64,000 nt of DNA from a virus (IMGVR_UViG_3300046519_000214:1-64000); one strand, 5' to 3'; shown: positions 8,575 through 16,938, numbered from the stretch's first letter. A program made the numbers and translations. Notes: generated by a model from the letters alone, not told the origin.

Positions 8575-8601
8575 TGCGTCAACGTTGACGCATCATGATG
8601 C
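8575..8601. repeat. centromere-like palindromes TGCGTCAACGTTGACGCA / GCATCATGATGC
   Basis: Perfect 18-bp palindrome; related CGTTGACG/TGCGTCA units cluster at 7249-7275, 8247-8352 and 8711-8740. Confidence 0.6.
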
Positions 8602-8737
8602 TTGTAACCCTCGCATCGTTGCGCCCCTGGCTCCAAGCCAGGTGCTCCACCGTTCCGCGAGGGTAGGGGTTCGAGGAGTAGGGCTGACCGCGATGTCCGG
8701 CGGTCAGTCCGCGTTGACGTGCGTTAACGCTCATGCG

Positions 8738-8953
8738 TCATATACTCTCGCTGCAAGGGTAGACCCTTTCCGTGCTGAACTCATCCAGGCTTTCGACATT
8801 GTCGACATGACCGATCAGCTCGAAAGTTTCTGAGCGGGCACCCGCGCGATTCATTTGGATGAAATTCTGGTGAACTTGAATCTCGACCGTTGTGGGCATG
8901 TTCCGAAGTATTCGACGCAGCCGAGAGAACCACTGTTTCTCTTCTGGGTTCAT
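8738..8953 (-). CDS. hypothetical protein
   Basis: Coupled ORF. Confidence 0.55.
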   Translation of the reverse strand: MNPEEKQWFSRLRRILRNMPTTVEIQVHQNFIQMNRAGARSETFELIGHVDNVESLDEFSTERVYPCSESI

Positions 8954-9207
8954 ACCGTGAACACCACGGTCTCGCCGTCGAGCTCGTACTTCACGGCCTT
9001 GCTGAGCAAAGCCCGAGCCGCTTCGACTGGGATCTTCCAGCCGTCCGAGATGATTTTCTCGAGCGTCTTGCGGTCGGGCTTGTTCCAGTAGCCGCTCATT
9101 GCCCAGTTCACGATACCTGGAGCATAGACGGCGTGATTTGAGCCGAGGCGATAGGTCTTAGGGTCGGTAGCTGAGGAGCTCAGTGTAGCCTCCAATGTGT
9201 TTGCCAT
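8950..9207 (-). CDS. hypothetical protein
   Basis: ORF in the operon; start uncertain. Confidence 0.55.
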   Translation of the reverse strand: MANTLEATLSSSATDPKTYRLGSNHAVYAPGIVNWAMSGYWNKPDRKTLEKIISDGWKIPVEAARALLSKAVKYELDGETVVFTV

Positions 9208-9355
9208 TGTGGAAGATCTGGGGAAAAGTGCCGAAGCCACCTTCCTTGACGATCAGCTGCGCCGTGAAATCCGAGAGGACGATCGCGTCGGGGAGCATGG
9301 CCTTGGCCATCTCGCAGTAATCGCAGCCGTCGCGGGCCAGGATGATGTATTTCAA
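9158..9355 (-). CDS. glutaredoxin
   Basis: CDYC active site, TFPQIF, HIGGY. Confidence 0.9.
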   Translation of the reverse strand: MKYIILARDGCDYCEMAKAMLPDAIVLSDFTAQLIVKEGGFGTFPQIFHNGKHIGGYTELLSYRP

Positions 9356-9750
9356 TGCACTGCTCCGAAAATGTACGGGGCATGACCTTCCAGCTGGTCG
9401 TCAGCGTCGGCCGGGAGCCCGTGGTAGATAAGATGGCGGATCCGCTTGGCGGCGCCGGCGGGTGTGTCGTCTCTCCAGTACCAGCCGCCGCTGAAGCACC
9501 AGGAGAACTCGGGGCTCCCAGGCAGCAGTCCAAAGGTGTCGATCGCATATTCTCCCCAAGACTGGGCATCACCGACAGGCAGGCCTGCTCCTGGTCCATG
9601 GCCAACGGCGCACGCGACCGTCGCACACTCGTGAGCCGGGGGGTCGAGCCGATCGCCGTGTTCGTCGCGGGCAAACGAGTCCATGGCGAAGGCTGGCTGT
9701 GGAACGTGGTCGAGATGGTTCGCAAGTATTGTCAGGTTCTGAATATTCAC
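9352..9750 (-). CDS. hypothetical phage protein (CxTxACAxG family)
   Basis: HECATVACAVGHGP motif; AGGAG RBS. Confidence 0.7.
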   Translation of the reverse strand: MNIQNLTILANHLDHVPQPAFAMDSFARDEHGDRLDPPAHECATVACAVGHGPGAGLPVGDAQSWGEYAIDTFGLLPGSPEFSWCFSGGWYWRDDTPAGAAKRIRHLIYHGLPADADDQLEGHAPYIFGAVH

Positions 9751-9793
9751 TGACAGTAACTCCTAAGTATTTCGTGGAAAGGGAGGGAGGAGG

Positions 9794-10681
9794 CTAAGCC
9801 GCCACCCCGTATTGCTCCTCGACCGAGATGAGGAAGTCGTCCGCCGTCATGCCCATGGCGAGCAGCAGTTCAGCTGCGAGCTCGGGGTACTCATAGACGA
9901 GGTCGTTCATGCTGAGATCAGCCGGTTCGCGTTGACGACGAGGGGCGTAGCGGTGGTCGACTTCTTCCTTCGGATCCCGCTCGACGACCAGGTTCTCCCA
10001 CCGCACCTGGAGCAGAGCTTCGCGGAGCGCCAGCAGGAACGGGATGTCCTGCTTCTCGTCCTTGTGGTGCTGGTGGAAGTAGCCGACCGACACGTTGGTG
10101 CATTCCGCGACCAGGTGGGGGTACTCGTTGGTGTCCGTGTAGACACCTTCGTCGGAGGGCTGGTAGCTACCGCCGAGCTCGGCCGCGAGGGACAGAGCGA
10201 AGGCATCGGAGGCTGTCCGCCGGCCGCACTGGTGGGTGATGATGTCGTCATAACCCATGCGGTCGAAGGCGATCGCAATGTCGATGTGTTCGAAGAACTC
10301 CGGGTTGTCCTTGGCCAACGCTCGCGAGCCCTGGCATCCCATCTCCTCACCGAAGTGGATAACGTAGACGCCCTCGATCCCAGCCTTGGCCATCTCGAGC
10401 ATCAGGAAGACGCCGGCAGTGTCGTCGGCGCCGAGGCAGTTTGCGTCGGTCTGCGTCAGGAACTGGCCGTCGAACTTTAGCGACTGGTTCCTGCCATCGA
10501 AGCGGTGGACCGTGTCCATGTGGCTGGAGAACAGGATCCGCGGCTTGTCACCGATCGTCCGCACCATGTTGCCATAGGCGTCCTTTCTGAACCCCTTCAG
10601 GTACTTGTTGACGAAGAGTTTCTCGGTCACGCCACCGGAGGGGCGCTGATACGAGAACATGTCGATGAGGGTATCCATCAT
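9794..10681 (-). CDS. M28/M20-type zinc peptidase
   Basis: SHMDTVH, LGADDTAGV, GEEMGCQGS, AFDR, YTDT, NVSVGY..QH. Confidence 0.85.
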   Translation of the reverse strand: MMDTLIDMFSYQRPSGGVTEKLFVNKYLKGFRKDAYGNMVRTIGDKPRILFSSHMDTVHRFDGRNQSLKFDGQFLTQTDANCLGADDTAGVFLMLEMAKAGIEGVYVIHFGEEMGCQGSRALAKDNPEFFEHIDIAIAFDRMGYDDIITHQCGRRTASDAFALSLAAELGGSYQPSDEGVYTDTNEYPHLVAECTNVSVGYFHQHHKDEKQDIPFLLALREALLQVRWENLVVERDPKEEVDHRYAPRRQREPADLSMNDLVYEYPELAAELLLAMGMTADDFLISVEEQYGVAA

Positions 10682-12207
10682 TATGCGGCTTCCTGAATTG
10701 GGAGTTCGAGTTGGTTCGGGTCCGGCGGGGTTTTGACGCAGGCCCCGATGTCACGCAGGTATTCCTCGAAGTCCTCCCGGTTGTGGAAGGATTTCATGTT
10801 TACCGATGTGTGATTGTCGAGTTTTACTTGCTGGTCTTCGTCTTCGTTGACGAACCATTCTTCGCTATACTCACAGAAGTAGCCGTGCTCTGCGGCGTAC
10901 TCTGTAGTATAGTGGTCCTCGTTGATGTCCACGACGTATTCGGTCTCAGCCTTCTTGTGCCAGGTGTTAGTGCCCTCGCACTTGAACCAGTCGCTGTTGT
11001 ACTCGACGTGATCCAGTGAGTAGTTTTCGTCTGTCTCGGTTTTCGCCAAGCGATGGTCAGGGTAATCCTCTTGCGAACCTTCGCAGAAGAAGTAACCCCT
11101 TGAGTAGCAATGCTCGCAGACCCGCGTTTCGCTGTACGAGATGTAGTAGTCCTCGTCCTCATCTATCCGAGCGTTGCAGTCGTCACACCGCCTACGCTCG
11201 ATTTCCTCGCTGAGACCGGTTGTGCCGTCGTGGCAGATGTCGCTCCCGATGCGGAAGTGATCACCGTAGTCGTCGACGCCATCACAGAAATCGAAGTAGG
11301 GGAGGACGAACCGGTCGTCCTTCGCCTCGATCTTTTGGATCCTGGCTCCACGCCAGCTGGAGCTCAGTGGCTCACGATAGCCAGCAGCCTGGAGCGCCGC
11401 TTCCATGCGAGACTCATCACCATAGATCGAGGTGTGAAACTTCTTCTCGGGCCATACAACGGAACGGGCGAGGGGCTGCTCGATCGAGCCGATGTAAGCG
11501 ACGGCCAGGTCTGGTCCAGCGTAGACACGGGCAGGGTGGCACGGGCCGTCATAGCTGTCGTCCGAGAACCACATGCAGGAGCCGAAGTGGCGAGCCTTGT
11601 AGATCTGCTCGATCTCGTCGGCGTCCTGGGTGATCCTCAGCGTCTTGAGATCAGTCCAGTTGCCCCACTCGTGGGCCAGCTCATGGATCTCAGTTTCGGA
11701 AAGAATGTCCCCGAAGAATTTCTTGAGAAAGCGTCCCGGCTTGATTGGGGTGCGGATGTTGCGTGCCCGCTTATCCAGGTTCTGGAAGTAGGCGACCGCA
11801 CCTGGCACCGTCTCGCTCGGCCGTGGCAGGAGCTCGACCCAGCGGAGGAAGTTCTCGCGGAACCAGTGGTGCCGGAGCCACGGGTTCCCCTCGAACGTCG
11901 TGGCGACTTCTTCCTCATGGAACTGCAGGCCTCCGTCCTTTGGCGGACGGAGCACGTGAATCTTCTGGCAGAAGTCGCTGTTCAGCGACGACACTTCCTT
12001 GAGACCGACGTAGGTCGTGCCCTGGAGCTCCAGTTCGCCATCCGTGGTCAACATGATGACCGATCGATATCGGGTCTCAATTCCGAAGGCCGCGTCGGAC
12101 AGTAGCTCCCCATGAGGCATGCTCACGGAGACGAGGTCGTCCCAACGTTCGGTATCTGGAGGCAGCACAAAGCCGCCCGCTGGTTTCACAGCAGGAGAAG
12201 CAATCAT
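10681..12207 (-). CDS. large phage protein with GSCM motif and C-terminal Cys-rich repeats
   Basis: KPGRFLKKF, HFGSCM, LARSVVW, LPYFD, then CDDC, CEHC, FCE repeats. Confidence 0.75.
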   Translation of the reverse strand: MIASPAVKPAGGFVLPPDTERWDDLVSVSMPHGELLSDAAFGIETRYRSVIMLTTDGELELQGTTYVGLKEVSSLNSDFCQKIHVLRPPKDGGLQFHEEEVATTFEGNPWLRHHWFRENFLRWVELLPRPSETVPGAVAYFQNLDKRARNIRTPIKPGRFLKKFFGDILSETEIHELAHEWGNWTDLKTLRITQDADEIEQIYKARHFGSCMWFSDDSYDGPCHPARVYAGPDLAVAYIGSIEQPLARSVVWPEKKFHTSIYGDESRMEAALQAAGYREPLSSSWRGARIQKIEAKDDRFVLPYFDFCDGVDDYGDHFRIGSDICHDGTTGLSEEIERRRCDDCNARIDEDEDYYISYSETRVCEHCYSRGYFFCEGSQEDYPDHRLAKTETDENYSLDHVEYNSDWFKCEGTNTWHKKAETEYVVDINEDHYTTEYAAEHGYFCEYSEEWFVNEDEDQQVKLDNHTSVNMKSFHNREDFEEYLRDIGACVKTPPDPNQLELPIQEAA

Positions 12208-12220
12208 AACGATTTCGCCT

Positions 12221-12544
12221 TTAGAGAGTGGTAGTCATCTGCCAGAGCTCGCGGAAGTGAGCTCGCATGGTCTTGACGTCGTCTTCCGATCGGTACGGGA
12301 CGTAGACGGTGACGAAGGATGCGGAGTGAACCTCGACGCTCGCGAGGCCGGGGTACGTGCCGGCGGCAAGGAACACGGCCGGCATGTTGGTCTTGGTGTG
12401 GAAGCTGATCGCAATCTGCGGTCGGCTGTCGCGGACCCGATACTTGAGCATCTCAGTGTTGAAGAGGCTCTGTTGCTTGTGCGTCTCGGCAAGGAGACCG
12501 GGATTTATCTTGCCATACGCGGAGCCATCACTGGTGACGTGCAT
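12221..12544 (-). CDS. hypothetical protein
   Basis: Overlaps the end of the upstream paralog. Confidence 0.6.
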   Translation of the reverse strand: MHVTSDGSAYGKINPGLLAETHKQQSLFNTEMLKYRVRDSRPQIAISFHTKTNMPAVFLAAGTYPGLASVEVHSASFVTVYVPYRSEDDVKTMRAHFRELWQMTTTL

Positions 12545-12857
12545 CGGATTTGGCCAGCTCGATCGCCTTGTCCCAAGCCTCGAGAACTTCGGCGTGAGTG
12601 TGCTTATCGTTGAAACTCACCATCCATCCGCCTGCGACACGGTCCAGAAGTCTTTTGACCTCGAACTTCAGGTCGAGTTGGTACCGACCCAGCACCTTGT
12701 GAACCGCGCCGATCGAGCAGAAGCACGTGGCCTTTGGATCCCAGGGATGCTCGACAGATTCGCCTGCCTTGTTGCGGGCAAGGGTTCGCTGCGTCCAGTT
12801 CTTCGGATCCGCGAGCAGTTCGCGGCCGGTGGTGAGGACTTCGAGAGGTGTGTTCAT
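12528..12857 (-). CDS. DUF6197-like protein, paralog 6
   Basis: DPKNWTQ..AR...ATCFCSIGA...FND.HTHAEV..AWDKA. Confidence 0.8.
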   Translation of the reverse strand: MNTPLEVLTTGRELLADPKNWTQRTLARNKAGESVEHPWDPKATCFCSIGAVHKVLGRYQLDLKFEVKRLLDRVAGGWMVSFNDKHTHAEVLEAWDKAIELAKSDARHQ

Positions 12858-13013
12858 GAGTTCAGGCTCCGGAGAACTTCGTTGATGTCGACCTCGTCGA
12901 ACTCGTCGAGGTCATTGGGGTAGGGGAGGTCGTCAGGGTGCTCATCCATGAGCTTTCCTTTTTTCTTGACATTGCCTCGCATGGTCACCACTGATTCGTT
13001 TCAGAGGTGGCTA

Positions 13014-13337
13014 ATGTTCGAGAGACTGTCCGTTCGAGAGGTGCTGGTTTGCATCGAAAAGCGCCGGGGCATCAGTATGCGCCGGCATTCCACGCTGGAG
13101 GATTTGGCCTACAGCTTGCTCTACCGCTGGCCTGATGATTGCCGCGGCAAGGAGTGGATAAGGGCACAGACGATGTGTCTGGAGGCTATGGAAGGGGTCC
13201 GAGATCCAGAGCAGGCTAGAGCCGCGTTCGTCGCCGCAGCCAATGCTGCGGAGATGCTCATGGTTCGTGAGGAGTACATTCAGGAGCGGCCTGAGAAGCG
13301 TTCCCGCCGAAATAGCCAGCGTCCTTCGCAGCCTTGA
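13014..13337 (+). CDS. DUF982-family protein (rhizobial)
   Basis: STLEDLAYSLLYRWP...AQTMCLEAMEG...ARAAFVAAA; TTGACA at 12966; opposite strand to its neighbours. Confidence 0.75.
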   Translation: MFERLSVREVLVCIEKRRGISMRRHSTLEDLAYSLLYRWPDDCRGKEWIRAQTMCLEAMEGVRDPEQARAAFVAAANAAEMLMVREEYIQERPEKRSRRNSQRPSQP

Positions 13338-13734
13338 GGGCTCGACGACCACCAGCCTCGGCTTGTGTCCAAGCGTTGGTGTCGAGGTAGTTCTGTGGTT
13401 CGTAGAACGCGAGGATGAAGTTGAGGGCGCCGGCCATCTGCTCGATCAGCTGGAAGCTGGCTCGGATTTGAGCGTGGTTGTCTGCCAGCCAGGTAACCGC
13501 CTCGTCGTTGTATCCTGCCCAATCCCGATTGCCATCCAGGTACCCTGGGTAGGTCTCTTCATCATAAGGCCGTCGATCTTGGGTCGGCGGCATCCCCTGC
13601 AGGGGAGGCGGGTTCGGAGCAGCCTGGACCATTGCTCGATACTTGGCGTCCAGATCCGACTTGGGATCCAAGTCGATTGCGGCCTTCGCCATGTCGAGTG
13701 TGGGCTCGAGGGGAACGAGTTTCCAGCTGGTCAT
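13258..13734 (-). CDS. hypothetical phage protein
   Basis: WKLVPLEPTLDM...YRAMVQAAP, a common phage module. Confidence 0.7.
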   Translation of the reverse strand: MTSWKLVPLEPTLDMAKAAIDLDPKSDLDAKYRAMVQAAPNPPPLQGMPPTQDRRPYDEETYPGYLDGNRDWAGYNDEAVTWLADNHAQIRASFQLIEQMAGALNFILAFYEPQNYLDTNAWTQAEAGGRRALKAAKDAGYFGGNASQAAPECTPHEP

Positions 13735-13910
13735 TTGATCTCCAGAACGTGGTCGACGTGCAGCTTGAATGATTTGTCGCTGCGCTCGCCTTTGACGGTG
13801 AGGTACTTGCGGACGGTCACGCGGGCATGGGTCTCGCCTCGCATGAACCAATCGGATGCAGGGTGGATGCGGATGCGGTCTCCGCGTTTGAAGTCCGAGA
13901 GTTCGAACAT
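13731..13910 (-). CDS. small SH3-like hypothetical protein
   Basis: FKRGDRIRIHPASDWFMRG. Confidence 0.6.
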   Translation of the reverse strand: MFELSDFKRGDRIRIHPASDWFMRGETHARVTVRKYLTVKGERSDKSFKLHVDHVLEIK

Positions 13911-13930
13911 ATTGACTCTTCCGTTAGCGT

Positions 13931-13945
13931 GAACGAAATAAGAAC
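13931..13945 (+). promoter_or_regulatory. alphaproteobacterial LexA (SOS) box
   Basis: GAAC-GAAATAA-GAAC (GAAC-N7-GAAC) ending 1 nt before the ATG at 13947, with TTGACT at 13912. Confidence 0.75.
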
Positions 13946-13946
13946 G

Positions 13947-14234
13947 ATGAAACATCGTCGAGGCGTAGATCTGATCCGCCCAAAGGCAGGCGAGATCCTT
14001 TACCTGGGGCCATTGATGGACCCAGTTCACACGACGTTTGACGATATTCCGGAGTGGCATGCACTGGGCGGTTACTGCCCGAAGTGCGAGCGTGAGGCGT
14101 GGCTCTTGAGATGGGAGCTGGCCAAAAAGTGGGGGCAGGGGGCTTACCTCGGATCACTCACCTCGCGATTGCGGTGCATTGGCTGTGGCAATCGCGAGGG
14201 GAACAAGTGGATCCTGGGTCAGCTGCCTCGCTAG
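13947..14234 (+). CDS. zinc-ribbon protein (CxxC...CxxC), probably SOS-regulated
   Basis: YCPKCER...LRCIGCGNR; LexA box upstream. Confidence 0.7.
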   Translation: MKHRRGVDLIRPKAGEILYLGPLMDPVHTTFDDIPEWHALGGYCPKCEREAWLLRWELAKKWGQGAYLGSLTSRLRCIGCGNREGNKWILGQLPR

Positions 14235-14515
14235 AGCTGGATCACCACAGGTTCGGTGTCAGGCCGGCGGTTCATCATCAGCATCTCGTAGGCTTCCCGA
14301 GTGTTCTGATACTGATTGCGGTCGTACTTCCGCATCACGAATTCAGCGAACTCGCGCTGAGTGTTGAAGCGGCCGAGGAGTGGTCCGTCGATTGTGCCGT
14401 TGCACATCCGGCTCCAGTCCGCGAAGTGGACCTTGTTCACCTCCGGATCGTGGATCGCGGTGATGACCTGGCCCTCTGCGGTGTAGAGGCGCTTAGTGTT
14501 GAAGGTGAGCTTCAT
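14231..14515 (-). CDS. hypothetical protein
   Basis: GAGGA RBS; coupled ORF. Confidence 0.65.
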   Translation of the reverse strand: MKLTFNTKRLYTAEGQVITAIHDPEVNKVHFADWSRMCNGTIDGPLLGRFNTQREFAEFVMRKYDRNQYQNTREAYEMLMMNRRPDTEPVVIQL

Positions 14516-14828
14516 TCGAGCATTCCTCTTCGATGTGCTTGATCAGCGTGTGAGGGGTGGTCTTCTTGAAGCTCGTGTACCCACACCAATAGTGGTCACC
14601 GATCTTCACGTATGTGGCGGCGATGTCGCCGGTCAGCATCTCGATCATGCGGAAGCCGCCGACGCAGTAGGCGGGAGGGAGCATCTCGAGGAACTCGTCG
14701 AAGATATCCCTGTCGATCATCCAGAACCGGCCGAGCATCTGTTCGGCCGGGAAACAGAACTTGTTGTATTCGTTCAGGTTCTCGAAGTGCTGGTGACGAT
14801 TGTTGCGGGCGCTAGGCAGCTGTTGCAC
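14493..14828 (-). CDS. hypothetical protein
   Basis: FDEFLEMLPP...FRMIEMLTG; start embedded in the 3' end of the upstream paralog. Confidence 0.65.
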   Translation of the reverse strand: MQQLPSARNNRHQHFENLNEYNKFCFPAEQMLGRFWMIDRDIFDEFLEMLPPAYCVGGFRMIEMLTGDIAATYVKIGDHYWCGYTSFKKTTPHTLIKHIEEECSNEAHLQH

Positions 14829-15144
14829 GGGCGAGCTCCCTTGCTTTGTCGAACATCGCCATCACCTCGGCGTGGGTCGTGACCGGTTGGTCGTTGAACT
14901 CGGGCACCGCTCCAACTCGGTGATCATTGAGGGCGCGGCCGAGCAAGTCGAAGGTGTCGTGATCATCAGGCACATGGCCGAGTACATGGCCGATCGCGCC
15001 GAGGGCGCAGAAGCAGATGGCTTCCGAACTGGTTGGATCGACTGCACCTCCATTGTCGTCGAATGCGAAGTCACCCTTGGCCCAATGTGCCGGATTGCGG
15101 ATCAGCTCCTGGGCAGCGGTCAGGATTTCAAGATTAGATTGCAC
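14812..15144 (-). CDS. DUF6197-like protein, paralog 5
   Basis: WAKG...AICFCALGA...FND...THAEV.AMFDKARELA. Confidence 0.8.
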   Translation of the reverse strand: MQSNLEILTAAQELIRNPAHWAKGDFAFDDNGGAVDPTSSEAICFCALGAIGHVLGHVPDDHDTFDLLGRALNDHRVGAVPEFNDQPVTTHAEVMAMFDKARELARATAA

Positions 15145-15433
15145 TGGCGATTTCCTTCGCGCGGTCCCACAGGTCGATGACCTCGGCGTGGGTGTGGGTG
15201 TCATTGAAAGCGATGATGCTGCCGCCTGCCAGCTTATCGAGGATGTCGATCGCGGGGAGGTAGGAGTAACCCTGGTCCGCCCTGTGCAGGGCGCCGACGG
15301 AGCAGAAGCAGGTGGCTCGTTTGATGGTGACTGGGAGACCCTGGTCGTCGACTGCGGCCATGCCCTGGATCCAATTCTTCGGATCGCGGATCAGATCCTG
15401 GGCGGCGTGGAGGAGCTCAAACGTGGTTTGCAC
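15134..15433 (-). CDS. DUF6197-like protein, paralog 4
   Basis: DPKNWIQG...ATCFCSVGA...FNDTHTHAEV. Confidence 0.8.
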   Translation of the reverse strand: MQTTFELLHAAQDLIRDPKNWIQGMAAVDDQGLPVTIKRATCFCSVGALHRADQGYSYLPAIDILDKLAGGSIIAFNDTHTHAEVIDLWDRAKEIASAI

Positions 15434-15770
15434 GGGCGAGCTCCCTTGCCTTGTCCCACACGGCCATGACTTGCTCATGAGTGTGCTCATCGTTGAACTC
15501 GTGGATGTAATTGAAACGTGAGCTCTCCGATGTCGCGTCGGTGAGGTAGCGGCGCGTCTCGTAAAACATGTCGAGTACATCCGTGGTCGAGAATACGCTG
15601 GGCTGGAGCACCCTATGGAGGGCGCCCAGGCTGCAGAAGCAGGTGGCGTCGGAGTCAGTGGCGTTACGCTCGAAGCCCTCGGGGTTGCGAGCGTAGACCT
15701 GCTGCGTCCAGTGAGCGGGGTCGCGGATCAGGTCTTGGGCTTCAGTCAGGATCTCATATGCGGTTTTCAT
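15417..15770 (-). CDS. DUF6197-like protein, paralog 3
   Basis: DPAHWTQ...ATCFCSLGA...FNDEHTHEQV.AVWDKARELA. Confidence 0.8.
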   Translation of the reverse strand: MKTAYEILTEAQDLIRDPAHWTQQVYARNPEGFERNATDSDATCFCSLGALHRVLQPSVFSTTDVLDMFYETRRYLTDATSESSRFNYIHEFNDEHTHEQVMAVWDKARELARANHV

Positions 15771-15933
15771 TGCCGGCCTTCTTCTGCTGGGCGTCGATCG
15801 CCTTCATGATGTTGATCTGCTTCTCAACTTCCTGAGGGCTCAACACGCCCGGGAAGCTCGAGAGCACTTTGGACACGGGGTCATGAGCAAGGGTCACTGG
15901 ACCCCTGCTGGTTTGTTCGATTGTGACCCTCAT
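15754..15933 (-). CDS. small hypothetical protein (59 aa) inside the paralog array
   Basis: MRVTIEQTSRGPVTLAHDPVSKV...; ATGA-coupled; not in the ORF track. Confidence 0.5.
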   Translation of the reverse strand: MRVTIEQTSRGPVTLAHDPVSKVLSSFPGVLSPQEVEKQINIMKAIDAQQKKAGNENRI

Positions 15934-16250
15934 GCGAGTGCGAGCTCCCTAGCCTTGTCCCAAGCAGCCATGACTTCCTCATGGGTGTTGTGATCGTTGA
16001 ACCCAGCGATACCCATCTCACCGGAGATCAAGTTGACGGCGCGGTAGAGGAACAGCCGTCCCTGTTGTCGCACTAGATCGTCACCGTCAGCTGCTTTGAT
16101 CAGAGCGCCGATCGAGCAGAAGCAGAAACCTTCTTCAGCTCCGCAGGGGTGTCCGCCCTCGGTTCGAGCGTAAGTGCCCTGGGTCCAGTGTTCTGGATCG
16201 CGGATGATGTCCTGAGCTGCGGTCAGGAGATTGTAGACGTCGGTGGTCAT
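15930..16250 (-). CDS. DUF6197-like protein, paralog 2
   Basis: DPEHWTQG.YAR...FCFCSIGA...FNDHNTHEEV.AAWDKARELALA. Confidence 0.8.
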   Translation of the reverse strand: MTTDVYNLLTAAQDIIRDPEHWTQGTYARTEGGHPCGAEEGFCFCSIGALIKAADGDDLVRQQGRLFLYRAVNLISGEMGIAGFNDHNTHEEVMAAWDKARELALA

Positions 16251-16585
16251 GCGAGTGCGAGCTCCCTTGCCTTGTCCCACATCGCCATCACTACCTCGTG
16301 GGTATGATTGTCGTTGAAATTGGGGACAGTGATCTCGAAGCCGGCCACCAGCTTGGAGGCGCGGTTCAGTATCGAACGTGCCGTCCTCCGATCGTCGGTG
16401 AGCGTCGGTTCGGCGTGGAAGAGGGCGCCCAGGCTGCAGAAGCAGGTGGCGTGCTCACTTTCGGGGGAGGCGAGGTAGCCCTGAGAGTCGAGGGCAAACT
16501 CACCCTGGATCCACGCTTCAGGATCGCGGATCAGGTCTTGGGCACGGGTAAGCAATTCGTGGACGGCGTTCGTCACGATGGTCAT
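16247..16585 (-). CDS. DUF6197-like protein, paralog 1
   Basis: DPEAWIQG...ATCFCSLGA...FNDNHTHEVV.AMWDKARELALA. Confidence 0.8.
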   Translation of the reverse strand: MTIVTNAVHELLTRAQDLIRDPEAWIQGEFALDSQGYLASPESEHATCFCSLGALFHAEPTLTDDRRTARSILNRASKLVAGFEITVPNFNDNHTHEVVMAMWDKARELALA

Positions 16586-16605
16586 CCTTTGATTGTGATT
16601 GGAGG

Positions 16606-16695
16606 GAGCAGTTTTCGATCTTGCTCAGGATCTTCTCGGGGGTGCCCGACTATTAGTCCCGGCGGGCTGCGGCGCAGCACTTTCGTGGCTGCTCT
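16606..16695 (-). other. structured RNA leader (two hairpins plus an H-type pseudoknot candidate)
   Basis: Minus strand: GCAGCCAC-GAAA-GTGCTGC; GCCCG..GACTA-A-TAGTC-GGGC; GATC-CT-GAGCA-A-GATC-GAAAAC-TGCTC. Confidence 0.45.
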
Positions 16696-16710
16696 ACGTA
16701 TCAGGGAGGG

Positions 16711-16938
16711 CTATGGTCCCTGAATTTCGGCCAGCTCCGTGGGTACGAAGCAGTATCGGTGTATTGGATCGTGGGCATTGCCCGTCAGCTGCTGCAGAAG
16801 CTTGACGCTTTCGACTGCCCACATCCCATCCTTCCCAGAGGAAGTGCGGTTGACCAGTTCGAGTCGGGTGCCCTTCGGTAGCGTGATGGCCGAGCCCCAA
16901 ATGGTCAGGGTGTGGTCCTGGCTCAGGATCGCCTTCAT
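16711..16938 (-). CDS. hypothetical protein
   Basis: Coupled ORF. Confidence 0.6.
   Translation of the reverse strand: MKAILSQDHTLTIWGSAITLPKGTRLELVNRTSSGKDGMWAVESVKLLQQLTGNAHDPIHRYCFVPTELAEIQGP

Noticed and set aside
16660-16705. CTGA...GAAA resembling a hammerhead ribozyme core
   Set aside because: The sequence is CUGAUAC rather than CUGANGA, and the GAAA sits in a hairpin loop, so the three-stem core cannot be built
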